Below, piece by piece: positions 26,181-38,361 of a stretch of 64,000 nucleotides of DNA. The translations under genes were made by a program, and so were the position numbers. Source of the stretch: Gordius albopunctatus (lineage: Eukaryota); the NCBI GenBank assembly GCA_964276515.1, contig OZ193909.1, positions 13,888,001-13,952,000 on the forward strand, given 5' to 3'. Position 1 is the first letter of the stretch. Every line of letters begins with the position of its first letter. The notes beneath the pieces were generated by a model. That model was not told where the DNA came from, ran no database searches, and worked only from the letters and a program-made list of their open reading frames with translations.

Positions 26181-28317
26181 ATATCATAATATTAATGAAC
26201 GGGACATAAAATAGATATAAGATAAATTTGAATCTTGATAAGGTAAGTCTAATAATGTTATCAAAAAATCAATTTATTAACGAGCTGGCGGAGAAGATTT
26301 TGAGCGGGTATTCAAACCAGTGTTACACAAATAGTTACGGATAAGATAATTTGTTATATACATTTGGTTTTAAATAGACCCCATGATTTTTCCTAGTGAA
26401 ATACGAAATACTAATTGTTAATTTAGATGGAGATATGCCGATGTCCTATTTTAGGTTAATTTTTCCCTTTTTGTATTGTAGTATTGTTGCGAATAATCGA
26501 CAACCATAAGATAAAAAAATTATTGAATTGAATAGAAGCACCCCTTATATAATTCGATTCTGAAGTCCACACAATACGTTTTTTTGGTTTAATCTAAACA
26601 TATCGCTATCGTGATTTGGTATTACAGTTAGACATTCTGATTTATTAATAAGAAAATATGAGTCAAAAGGTTTGCCTAAAGATAAAAGAAAGGGGTAGTG
26701 TCATTATAATCAATAGCTGACATCTAGGATATAATGCAACTAAGATTTAGGGCAAAATGGCATAATATCTACATTTAAAATAAGTTTTACAACATATAAT
26801 GTGGGCAGCCGCCTCTGAGACCTTGAGTTATATGTTAAATAAAAACAATAAAATGCAAATCTAGTTTAATAATTCAATTTATTACCTATGAATATAAAGG
26901 TTAGAAATGTTTTGTAATCATTAATCAATCAAAAATTAATATGTTTATGAAATTATCAGACAGGCCTTTTCGAAATGTTTATTTTACAAAATGATAATAA
27001 TTAAATGTGAAATTAGATTCACCAATACAGTCAAATGCCCATTATGCACAAGAAATCATCCATCACGAAAAGGGTATATGAATTCAACTTACAATTATCA
27101 ATTTGTCTTTACTGTAAGACTCCCCTTTAAATCAAATATTCTCTTAAAAATAATATCTCGGTTGGTGTAATTTTGAACTGCCTTATAAAAACAGTAGGAG
27201 AGTTTTTAAGTTAAAACGTTATATTTTTCCTTGTTCATCACTTTATATTAAAAAGTTCCACATCTGTCCCTTTCATTTTTTTGAAGGGTTAAACTGTTAT
27301 GCCAACACGTTTGTTGCCTCCTCCATCTTTATGTTTTTGAAATTAGTTTGCCTAGGTTTGGTACAAAATATTGATTATAGTCGAATATGCAAACTGTATC
27401 TATGTTTATGTTATATCACTTGCCCGCCCTTACAAAAATTTTATTCGCATAGATAGCTTAATTTGGGCGTGATCAATTCATTCTGCAAATTATACCAAAC
27501 TTTATATAATATATGTTTGCCAAGGAATGTTCTGCTATCGCTTTTTTATAAATTAAATATAATCTTTTCAGACTTTGATTAAATAGTAAAAATCCATTAA
27601 TATTATCGAATTATGACAAGCGCCATCTTTAGTTGTGCCCAATATAACGTTAAAATATAAGGAACGCTAATGGTATAATTTTAAAATATGTTTATTTTTT
27701 TAGTATTAGTTAAAACATCAAAGAAACTTTAAAAGCAATTGTGTTTTTGAATCTAGGATAACAAATCGTGGTTTACGACATTAATATTTGTATAAGTATA
27801 GATTTAATTTTATTTGAGCTAAATTTTAATATGTCTTAATAATAAACAATACGAAACTAAAAATTTTCTCACTTTTACCGAGCAAGTTCTATGTGTTTAA
27901 AATTTTTAAATTAATTGGTAATAGTCAAACGTCTCAAAGAGTGTGGATAAATTTCTTTTTTAACTGATCTGTATGTCAAATAATGGACACAAGATGTAGC
28001 CTATTTAATAAAATTGAAGCTATGGTCTGTATTAAACATTACACGTCGGATATTTTTACATATACCACAGCTTTTGTATAAGTATAATTTATATTTTAAA
28101 TTAAACAATGTAAGAGTATACTATATTTTTTGATAACTTTATTTTCCTACAAATGTCATAACACATAAATATAGACCTGAAGCACGGTGTATAAAAATAT
28201 AAAGAAATAATATAAAAGAAATATTACACGATAAACGGACTCTATGTGTAATAAAAACGAACCCTAAACAAAAACTTTGGCTTGGCATTATACTTTATAG
28301 CGTGTATTGCACGCTCA

Positions 28318-29309
28318 TTAAGCTAGTAAATCCATGATGCGATTTTTGTGGAGAAAGTTTTTGAAGTGCCTTATGATGAGGATATTTCTCATGTATTTTT
28401 GACTCTTATCGTTAGTGTCATTCATTTTTACAATTTTAATGCCTTCGTTTTCGACTGATTCATTGTCCTTAGTGAGCAAGACTTTCAGATTGCATATAAC
28501 ATTGTTGATGCTGAAAGTGAGTTGGTGCAAATTCTGATGAATTAATTTGCCGTCTATCTTATCGTTGATGATGTAATTCAAAAGGCTATAATAGATCGAC
28601 AATTTTTCCACGGCATACCTTAGGTATTTAGCTTTCTGTAATTGATAGATTAAGTATAATCATAGTAAGGAAAAAAGCTATGTTGTATAATAATACTAAA
28701 GGGGTTTTACCGGTGTAGACTCTTCCGTAAATAAAGCATCGAGCGGTTTCTTTATAATCAAATCTAAATCATTGTAATTTATGATATCGAGCATTTTATC
28801 TTCCATCGATAACACCTCCATCTTTAGTATAATAATATATTATAATTAATGTCTGATATGTGTAAATTACCATCACGTCATACACTTCCTTGATTTTTAG
28901 TTTCATTTCATTGAGCCTTGTGTCCGTAGAATCAATAATCTCTTTTTTAAGTTTGAGTTGTTTTTGAAAGGGCATGGATTCAAAATCAAAATTTTTGAGA
29001 TGTTTGCAAGTCGCCGCTCTTTTGACTCTTCTAGAGAGAGTTTCGTCCACTTTCGCTAGAGCTTTGTCGTTCCCATCATATAAGTCATAAGATACAGAGA
29101 TTGGTTTGAATTTTGAGCTTTTCACTTCATCCGAGGTAAATGTATTGGGAGAACCAAATGTCACAGCAACATAGATGATCCATATAAAAGGAATTATTGC
29201 TATGAAAATTTTGAAATTATGTTTGTGTTAAAAATAAAGCCATTAAAAATAATGTAATATAAAATAGCTAAATCATAGCTATCAAGTATAATAATGGCTT
29301 ACAATGCAT
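28318..29309 (-). CDS. Secreted 254-aa protein, candidate Unpaired/IL-6-like four-helix cytokine; exons 29309-29303, 29199-28871, 28821-28711, 28635-28318
   Basis: GT-AG introns (103, 49, 75 nt; phases 1, 0, 0) give one open frame: signal MHSIIPFIWIIYVAVTFG, furin-type site RRVKR, AATC, amphipathic segments, NNVICNLK, C-terminal RNILIIRHFKNFLHK. The gene model is well supported; the family call is inference. Confidence 0.75.
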
Positions 29310-29390
29310 TTTATTAATCCTAATCGATATAGATAAGATTTTGAAAGATATTGTTTACAAATAATTATAAAAAGGTGCACGTTAAGGCCC

Positions 29391-29580
29391 TTTTATATAT
29401 TTTCGCCTATGCTGTGATTATGACTTGGAAGCATTAATTAACAGCGTATCACATATTCAGGGAAATTCACTTAAAGATTAATAACTTTCTTCCATAATCT
29501 ATTTTCTATCTCATTAATTGTTATAATTATGCGAATGTACACAATCTTACTGCGTTTATTATTCACCTTAATTCCTTGAA
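29391..29580 (-). promoter_or_regulatory. Putative promoter of the cytokine-like gene: TATA box, kB-like site, STAT site
   Basis: TATAAAA on the minus strand at 29391-29397; GGGAAATTCA at 29460-29469 (9/10 to GGGRNWYYCC); TTCCTTGAA at 29572-29580 (TTCN3GAA). Confidence 0.45.
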
Positions 29581-30429
29581 TCTCACCTGCAAATCCTCTA
29601 TTGACGACATCGGGAAAATTTATACAGAAGGAGAATAACAAAATTTGTTTTTGTATAATGTAAACATTGATTAAAATTTAATAACACGATATTATTACAT
29701 CATACAAAATTTATATTGCCCTTTAAAAACGGAAACGGTACCATAATTAAGCCTAAATCAGTTGTGAAATTTGAGCGCTTGGATATTATTGACAAGATGC
29801 TTAAATTCGATTTAATTCAAGTCCCCAAAATCCCCCTCCTCAACTAATTAATAATTAATGCCTTAGACATTTGGATCACCTTGTAATATGAATTATTCAT
29901 TTAAGATTTAATTATATAAGTGGAAAAAATTGCAAGGTGTAAAACAGTGGCGTAGCTAGCATTTTTCCCTTGGGCCGGCCGAACTTAAATTTTAAACCAG
30001 TGGGAAGGTGTCAATAGCGATTAAAAAAAATTCCAAGTCATTTTTCAAGCTTTATAATCTGCCATTCCCAATTTCTTTTTCAAGATCCACTTGACCTCGT
30101 ACCTTTTTGAGTCTATATCAATATTATGTTCCCAAATTTTAAATCTTCCCTAATTCGTTTACATTCAACTTACACACGGCCAAATTAGAGACATGCAACG
30201 GGCCTCTTTAGGTTAATCAGCCAGCCCGTTACAAATTATTGGCTGGGTCCAAGCCCATCAAAATGATAAATGATACATCCGGTCCGCTAATTTTTTACAA
30301 AGCCCGATTCCATATAGAAATATCTGGCGTCTTTTAATATTCGATTGTAATTTTTTCATTGAATAAACAATATATATATGTTATAGAATAATAATAATGT
30401 AAAAATTTATACTTATTTAAATATTACAC

Positions 30430-30627
30430 TAGCCTCTTTGAAGCAAGAGCTCGTAGGTTCAATCCCGCCTTTGGCACTTATTTCATAGATTAAAAATATC
30501 TCACATCGTCAGCACGGCTGTCAGGCCTGGATAGTCGAGCATCACCCCTGATCCAAGTGCTTCATGGAAGTTCAGAATAATAAAAGTAATGAAAGCGCTA
30601 GGGCTTCCTCCGTAAACGAGGCGCATT
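30430..30627 (+). repeat. Possible tRNA-derived SINE remnant
   Basis: B-box-like GGTTCAATCCC (~30456) in a GC-richer segment; no complete cloverleaf. Confidence 0.35.
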
Positions 30628-31935
30628 CAGTGTTTCGATCTCGTCTCGGTCTAGAAAACAAAATCTCGATCTCGTCTAGTCTAGTTTCGACGAGAATTCT
30701 CGTCTAGATTTTCAAAAAAAATATATACGGAATAAAATTTCTCCTGTTCTATTAAAAATATTAAATAAGTGTTAAGAAATTTAAATGGCAAACTTTATAT
30801 TTTTGAAAAACTTTAATACACTTTGTTAACGATTAGGCTGGACACGACATCTCATTGACAATATAAAGATATGAATAAATTCATAAAGATAACATTTTCT
30901 ATGGAAAGTGCAGACTGAAAAACTATAAATAAATTTAAGGTATAGAAAATTAAATTTTATTTTTCTAGCAAATTATAACATTTACATCAAATTAACTGTG
31001 TTTGTCAACTAAAAATAGACTTAGAAAATTATAAGTTCTCTTATAGGTGACTTAGTTGTATAATTGAGCAAATTGAGATCCTTCTTTAATTTTATGATAA
31101 AAATCCTTATAATCAAATTTGTATTCTAATTAATTACCTTCTAATCTAACTAACTTTGACATTAAATATTAATTTATCTAGTACAGTATAGGTTCGTGTA
31201 CTTATTTAATATTGCATAATTATAGAAATTGTAGTAATTTAAATGCACCTGCCCACCCAGCTTATAATGTAAAAAGTAATGTATATGACAAAACTATGTA
31301 TTAATATAATGTCTTATTAAGGTTCAAAATTTGGGAGGTATACTATTAATTGAATCATAAATCTTCTAGAAAACTCATAATTTAAGATTTAATTTATTAC
31401 GGTGTCATTAAATACTCTATTGTACTTTTGAAATCGTTAGGCTGGTGCTAAAAAATCTCCAGCGACCTTGGCTTAACTTGTTTAATTATTCAAACTAATT
31501 GACCCCCAATTTATAATTACCGCATCATGCAGGGTGAGTAGCAAAATTTAAATATGCTTTAGTAGTATTTACTATTCCATCAGTACTCATTCTAAGCCTA
31601 ACATTTTTTAATATTCAATAATGCTATGGATACAAATATGTGATAAATATATTATAAAATTATTCACATACGCTAAGGATCAACCATGCTTGGGTAAATG
31701 ATTGCTAAATTTTAAATATTTTGCGAAAATATATAATATTTATTACCTACACTTAGAAATTTTTTAAATATCAAATATATTCCATACATATTTATCTACA
31801 CTAAATACCTTAAATGTAAATCATGAAAATTAAAATACACAATAATTTAATAAAATCTAACGATCGATAAAAAGTCGAGATCTCACCGAAAAAATCTCGT
31901 CTCGTCGCGACATCAAGAGACTTTCCGCATCACTA
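30628..31935 (-). mobile_element. hAT MITE family A, longer copy in reverse orientation
   Basis: CAGTGTTTCG...CGCATCACTA ends; reverse complement aligns with 5252-6272; no TSD seen. Confidence 0.85.
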
Positions 31936-32779
31936 GTAAACACTTGATTTTCTGTTAACGTATAGGACGAAATATATTCAGTTTGTAAAGGAGTGAGTAG
32001 GGAGTCAACTGAATTATTTGATTGGTGTCATTTTTTAAATCAAGCCTGAGGGAAACAGCACGAAATACCAGAGTTAGACAAAAACAGTCGTGAAAACGAG
32101 ATTTGCGGATAGTCGTTATGGCGGATAGTGATCTGAAATTAAAATAACGTATGGTGTCACAAAACTTAAAAGTGTTTAAGAGTTCGAGCGTGACAGTATA
32201 CAATAAGGCATTAGGATGATAAAGATTTTTCATTAACCTGTAAAATGGTCAAAAATATATGATCATTGATGGATTAGGAATAATCCAAACTCTTTTAAAA
32301 ATCATAAAAATATTTATGATAATAGCCATAGATTTGCCTAGTGATGCGAAAAATCAGAAAAAATCTCCATCTCGTAAGACTTTAGAAAATTGGGTCGAGA
32401 TGATATATAAGCATAAGCTTAATTGATAAATTAATTTGTTGCTGATTTATTTAAAAAATGGAATAAGTAAATAAGTTGGGTATGAGGTCCTACACTATAA
32501 TAGAATCGTGTAATTTTTGAATATAAAGTATTTGCTATATAATTCCATATGTGCAATTTATTGAAAACCTCAAAACTTTTATTCCAATCAGTGGCAATGC
32601 TACTTTTATTGTTTTTTTTACAACGTTGTAATGTGTGAAACTAATTACTTATTGTCGTATCCCCTATGCAAAAGTTACGGATTTCCCCGACCCCCCACCG
32701 AGCTTCTATACACACGCGTTTGTAATACCGTGGCACTTATATACACAAATGTTGTAAAACTGCGTATCTCATACAATAC

Positions 32780-33100
32780 TGACCATATGACGAATGACTT
32801 TCTTATGACAAAAATGAATATTCAACCTATGGCGGACATGATTAACGAAAATCGATTAAGGTGGTATATGAAGATATACTAAGGGGTACACGAATGACCT
32901 AAATCGAAAAGTACTGGACATGGAGGTGCCGGAGAAGAGAGGAAGAGGACGACCCCGTGCCACATGGAACAGGCAAGGCGATAAAGTTATGAAAACTAAA
33001 GAGTAGTTAAGACATGGCACTCATCCGGTCAAGATGCAAGAAACTTATCAAAACAAACCCCAGGACCGTGGGACCAAATAACTGATAAAGAAGAAGAAGA
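32780..33100 (+). mobile_element. 5'-truncated RTE fragment (same family as copies 2 and 3)
   Basis: DHMTNDFLMTKM...ENRLRWY and 3' end gggaccaaataactgataaa(GAA)n match copy 2. Confidence 0.9.
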
Positions 33101-33726
33101 TTCAAACAAATAGCTTCACCCCTGTACCCCGGCAGGGGCTGCCCCTCTAAAAACAATGAGACCCTATCGCAATAAAGCTCGGTTGGCGGCCAAAGCTGGT
33201 GTAAGCAGAATTGTAGTTTGCCCAAATAAGTGAAAAGCTGGACGCGCTAAAATATGCTCAGGCGCAAAAATAAAACAGATTTTCAGGGCGGGTTGGGGTT
33301 TTGATTGAACTCCGAAAACGACCATTTGCCAGAATCGTGATTTTGCGGTAGGACTAAAAAAAGTTTTTAGCACATTTAATAAAAAAACCTGTGGCAATTT
33401 ACAAATTAAATAATTCTTTAGATATGTATTAATTTATTTGACAGTATATTTATATAGGCAAAATGTGTAAAGCAAAGCAATAAAAAATTTGATGTTAAGT
33501 ACTTTATCTATTTATATTTTGTATTTAGCGTGTTAATTCTTCCTGTTCCTACATTAAGTCCGTGAATTATTTCTCATAGGACAACTATATTTTAATCGCT
33601 CATTATATGATCGAGGCATAACGGTGAGCATGCACATCACTTATAGTATCTTCTAGAAATAATGTATATAGCAAAACAGTAAACTATAATATACTGCGGA
33701 TGAATAGAAGGGAGTTATCATAAATT

Positions 33727-34766
33727 AATTGCTATGCAATTTATGGGCTCGTTTTTGGTTGTCCGTCGTCCGTCCGTCGTCCATCCACCAAGTTATTGGC
33801 GCCAGCTTTTTTTAAATTAAATTAATATATTGTTTTAACACCATTGATAATATGACTTTTTGACCGTCCGCAGGCTACTGACCATTGAAAAAAATTACCA
33901 TTGGCCAAATAAATCGAAATTTTTTGTTCGTTTTTGAATAGGTTAACATTGATAATTACCCTATACTTTTTAATAATTGCTATGCAATTTATCTAGTTTT
34001 TGGGTTAGAATCCCGGAGTTTTTTTTGACTCTTATGATTGTTCTTGTTACTATCAATGATAATAAGACTTTTTGGCCGTCCGCTGGCTGCTGACCAATGA
34101 AAAAAATGACCATTGGCCAAAATGTGTATCCGAGTTTATTTTTTCGTTTTTTTTGACTATTATGAATTTATATCCACTTTTACCGTGTCCTGGCTGCTGA
34201 CCAATGGAAAAAAATGACCTTTGGCCAAAATGTTAAGATTAATAGCTTTTGCTCACTTTCACTTATCAAGAATATCGTTTTATATTTAATTTTCTTATAA
34301 TTTCCTCGTCTTTAGGGTATTTTCGCTTTTCTCATATTAACAACCTTTGACACCCATTAGTTAAAAAAAACCTAAGTATGACCTTTTCCCCTAAAAAAGA
34401 ATTAGTAATAAATAATTCATTTGGTTAACATCGATAGTTACTGTATGCTCTCCCCTACAAAGGCCCTTACCTCTACTTAAATGGTTCCCCGTGCCGCTAC
34501 AAAAGCTGGCTCTACTAATGTGAGTTCGAATCCCGGAGAAGGCAATTTTTTTTTAATTAAATCGAAAATTTGTATTAATAATTAACTAATTATTTTACAT
34601 TTAATACCCCCCCCCCCCGCCTATAGGCATTCTCACCCCTTCCCACCTTTCTCGCCCATAAATTGCATAGCAAATATGATACATTTATACGGAGTGTAGA
34701 TGAGTTCCCCCTTCCCTCCCCTCCTCCCCTTCCCCCTTCCCACGAGGGCCGAAGGCCCGAGTTTTT
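33727..34766 (+). mobile_element. Helentron-associated (HINE/DINE-1-like) non-autonomous element
   Basis: 20-bp subterminal inverted repeat (33729-33748 / 34654-34673), GTCC microsatellite at ~33761-33786, three internal ~50-bp repeats, 3' hairpin GGGCC-GAA-GGCCC (34746-34758) followed by a T-run. Confidence 0.55.
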
Positions 34767-35680
34767 ATAAATTGATCGATTTTAATTCAAACACCGAACA
34801 GGATTTATTTTTGAAATAACATCGTTTTTATTAATATTTGGCATAGCCAGCATTGGAATTAGAGGGGGGGATAATGATTTAGGGAGGGGCAAAATGAACA
34901 TATTTTGCAATTTTAACCATAATTTCAACAAATTTTTGGATTTAGAGGGGGGAAGCCACCCTCCCTGCCCCCCCCGGCTACCCCTAGCGATGGGAATGTG
35001 GATATAAAATTTTTAAATACGATTTAATTGCTCCTATTATCCTTATGTCATATCTTCTAATCAGAGGCTATTAATACAAGTTAAAGTTATTGAAACATTA
35101 GTAATTGGCCTATGTAATATTCAATCATGTTTTCAAATAAGGTTTTATAATGATCAGCCAAGGGAAGGCAAGTATGGACATTACTACTACCTTTTTTTGT
35201 CCCATGCTGGCTACCTTAGGGTTCTTTTCTTTTTGAAGGATAAATTCATTAATCACTTAAAAATTATAATTAAATGGCAGGTAAAAAATGTGAATTTAGA
35301 TTCATGTTGACTATGAAATATCTAATGGGCTTAACAGGATTTGAATGGGGTGGGGTTGGGGCTAAAATATCAGTTAAGGATTTTGGGAGCGGCGAAATGA
35401 GGATTTTAAGAATTATATATATGTTTAAAGATTTTTAAATATAAGGGGGAGGCCCCTCCCCTCCTAGTTTCCCCCTGGCAATGTCCATGTCCTTTTTTGA
35501 ATGATTAATTTATTATTTATAATTATATTTTATTTGTCATAATACTGTTATTTTTAGAGGTGCCACGTGAAAATTTCATCTTTTTATCTTAAAAAATTTG
35601 TATCAATTCAGCCGTTTACTTTAAAATATTACTAAAACTTCAAACCAAGTATTTTGTATATTAAGGATTAATAATTAAAA

Positions 35681-35714
35681 TCCCAAGTCCGTGTGCAAAA
35701 AGTGGAGGGTTGGC
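35681..35714 (+). ncRNA. Twister ribozyme, 3' portion at the 5' end of RTE copy 3
   Basis: TCCCAAGT-CCGT...AAAAGTG-GAGGG-TTGGC corresponds to twister L4/P4'/P2'/L1'. Confidence 0.75.
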
Positions 35715-38037
35715 GTCAGGTCGGAAACCGGCTATAAAAATCAACTCCAAAACTATGATAGTTTCAAACAGGATTTTACAAGAAAAGGCTAGGGCGTCCT
35801 CCACAAACAACGCGCACTGCATACCCCGCCCGTGCAATGTAAAAAATACACTAGGGTTACTGCCAAACTCAGAACGAAGGTGGTAAAGGAAACTAGTTGT
35901 GGAAAGAATGCGAATTACGTGCTGGAATGTGGAAACGTTGACAGGGAAGAGCATCGAGGTCGCACAGATGCTAAAAAAAAGAAAGGTACACATCGCCTGC
36001 CTACAAGAGATGAGGTGAAACGGAACGAAAGCTCGGGAATTAGGAGAAGGATACAAACTTTTCTACAGTGGGTCATCAAATCGTAGAAACGGGGTTGGTA
36101 TCGTTCTAAGTGAATCTTTCAAGGACAAGGTGGTGGAAGTAAAGCGTTGTTCCGACAGGCTAATGTGGGTGAAGATTGCAAATCAAGGGGGCCTCCTAAC
36201 CGTTATGTGCGCGTATGCCCCCCAAATTGGATGTTTAGAATCAGAGAAAGACATATTCTTCGATTCATTGGAAAAGGAAATAGAAGGAATAGGACAGGAA
36301 GAAAGGCTAATACGTTGGGAAAAATCGCCTCGGGTATGAACGCAATCATGGAGGCTATGGGCATGGTCTGAAGAACAAATAAGGGGAAAAACTTCTCTAA
36401 GTATCCCAAGCATATGACAAGGCGATCGTTAACACCTATTTTCAAAAGCGCGAAGATCATATTGTGACCTATAGAAGTGGGAAGCATTTTAGTCAAATCG
36501 ACTATTTGCTTATAAGGCAAAAGGACTTATGGAGTATCAAGGATTGCAAAGTGATACCGGGAGAAGAAATTGCCAGACAACATCGTCCCCTTGTTATGGA
36601 TCTTGACAGAAGAGTATTTCCCGAAAGAAGAAAGTTCTATGAACCTCGAATTCGATACGAGAGGCTAAAGGATACGTCGACGAACAAAGAATACCATCAA
36701 AAAGCCTGCTCACTCTTGGGTGCAAGGAAGTTGTAAAGGGACGTAGATGACGATTGGGAGACGCTATCTAAGGACATTAAGGAAACAGCGATTCGTGTTC
36801 TAGGACAGACCAAAGGAGGCAGAGCTATGAATAGGGAACTATGGTGGTGGGATCAATCGGTTAAAGATTTCATCGAAAGAAAGAAAAATCTATATAGACG
36901 GTGGCATAAATCAAAAATGTCGGAGGATTATCAAGAGTACAGGTACGCAAAGAGGGCCGCAAAAAAGGCCGTTGCAAAAGCGAAGAATGCCGCGTACACC
37001 GAGATGGCAAACAAACTGGATCATAAAGAGGGCGATAGGCTTATGTACAAATTGTCCAAGATAAGGGAGAAGAAAAGTCGCGATGTCGGAGTTTTTAAAA
37101 AAACTCTTGCGTTAGGACGACAGTTGGAGACTCTAACCCTTTTCGGGTTAATATTGGATTACATCAAGGCTCTGCTTTAAGTCCCTTTTTATTTAATATC
37201 ATTATAGACACGATAACGAGGGACGTTCAAAAGCCTTCGCCATGGTGTATGCTATATGCCGATGATATAGTACTATGCGAGGAAACAAGAGAGAAGGTAT
37301 TCGAAGAAGCCGAAAAATGGTCAAAGCGCTTAGCTGGATATGGTTTAAAGGTCAACGATAGAAAAACGGTATACATGGAAAAGAACGGTACAAGCACCCC
37401 ATCGCTGGATGACCATCTAAATTACCCAAAAGTAGACAGGTTCACATACCTCGGCTCGATGCTACATCAAGAGGGAGGTTGCACGACAGAAGTCAATGTC
37501 CGGATCCAAAAAGGATGGCCTAAATGGCGAAGTATATCCGGTGTTATGTGTGACAATAAAATGCCAATATGGTTGAAGAGCAAAGCTTACAAATCCATCG
37601 TATGACCGGTGTTACTCTATGGAAGTGAAACATGGGCATTAAACACCACGGAATTAAAGCTATTACAAGCCACAGAGATGAGAATGATACGGTGGAGCTT
37701 GGGGTATACTAAGCTCGACCATATGACGAATGACTTTTTCATGACAAAAATGGGTATTCAATCTATGGCAGACATGATTAACGAAAATCGGCTAAGGTGG
37801 TATGGTCATATCCTAAGGAGGGATACGGATGACGTAAATCAAAAAGTACTGGACATGGAGGTACCGGGGAAGAGAGGAAGAGGACGACCCCGTGTCACGT
37901 GGAAAGGGCAAGTCGATAATGTTATGGGAACTAAAGAGATTAGTCAAGACATGGCACTCAGCCGGTCAAGATGGAAGAAACTTATCAAAACAATCCCCAC
38001 CAATGTGGGACCAAATAACTGATAAAGAAGAAGAAGA
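35681..38037 (+). mobile_element. RTE-clade LINE copy 3 with an internal deletion of roughly 0.7 kb
   Basis: Highly similar to copy 2; the junction at ~37095 joins copy-2 position ~15905 to ~16589; (GAA)n tail. Confidence 0.95.
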
Positions 38038-38361
38038 CAGTCGAAACTTCTTAATCGCAAATCGGATTATCGCAAAAATCTTTTAATCGCGAAGTTAACC
38101 GCCATTTTTTTTTGTAACGATAATATTAACAAAAACATCGTTTATTGACAAATAGCTTAATAGTAAAAATGGGATATTCACAAACATTTTCGAGTCCTTA
38201 AATCAACCAGATAATCATATAAAATATCGTTTTATTGCGAAGCGTAACAAATAAATATTTAATATAATGTACATATACTTTTTCCCCATCGTTTAATCGC
38301 GAAATATCGGTTAATCGCGATTTTTTAGGCCCAAGGCTTTGCAATTAAACGGTTTTGACTG
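38038..38361. mobile_element. Tc1/pogo-type MITE
   Basis: CAGTCGAAAC...GTTTTGACTG followed by TA; internal TTAATCGCGA repeats. Confidence 0.6.

Noticed and set aside
19647..26197. taatattaatg direct repeat as the TSD of the Gypsy palindrome
   Set aside because: It is AT-rich, ~40 bp from the left arm end and overlaps the right arm; likely chance.
29219..29243. ATG at 29243 (minus strand) as a frameshifted start, making the cytokine-like gene a pseudogene
   Set aside because: It lies inside the predicted 103-nt first intron; the ATG at 29309 with a GTAAGC donor gives an intact frame.
30430..30480. tRNA gene (also the B-box at ~34524)
   Set aside because: Only a T-loop/B-box-like motif is present; no acceptor, D and anticodon arms could be folded.
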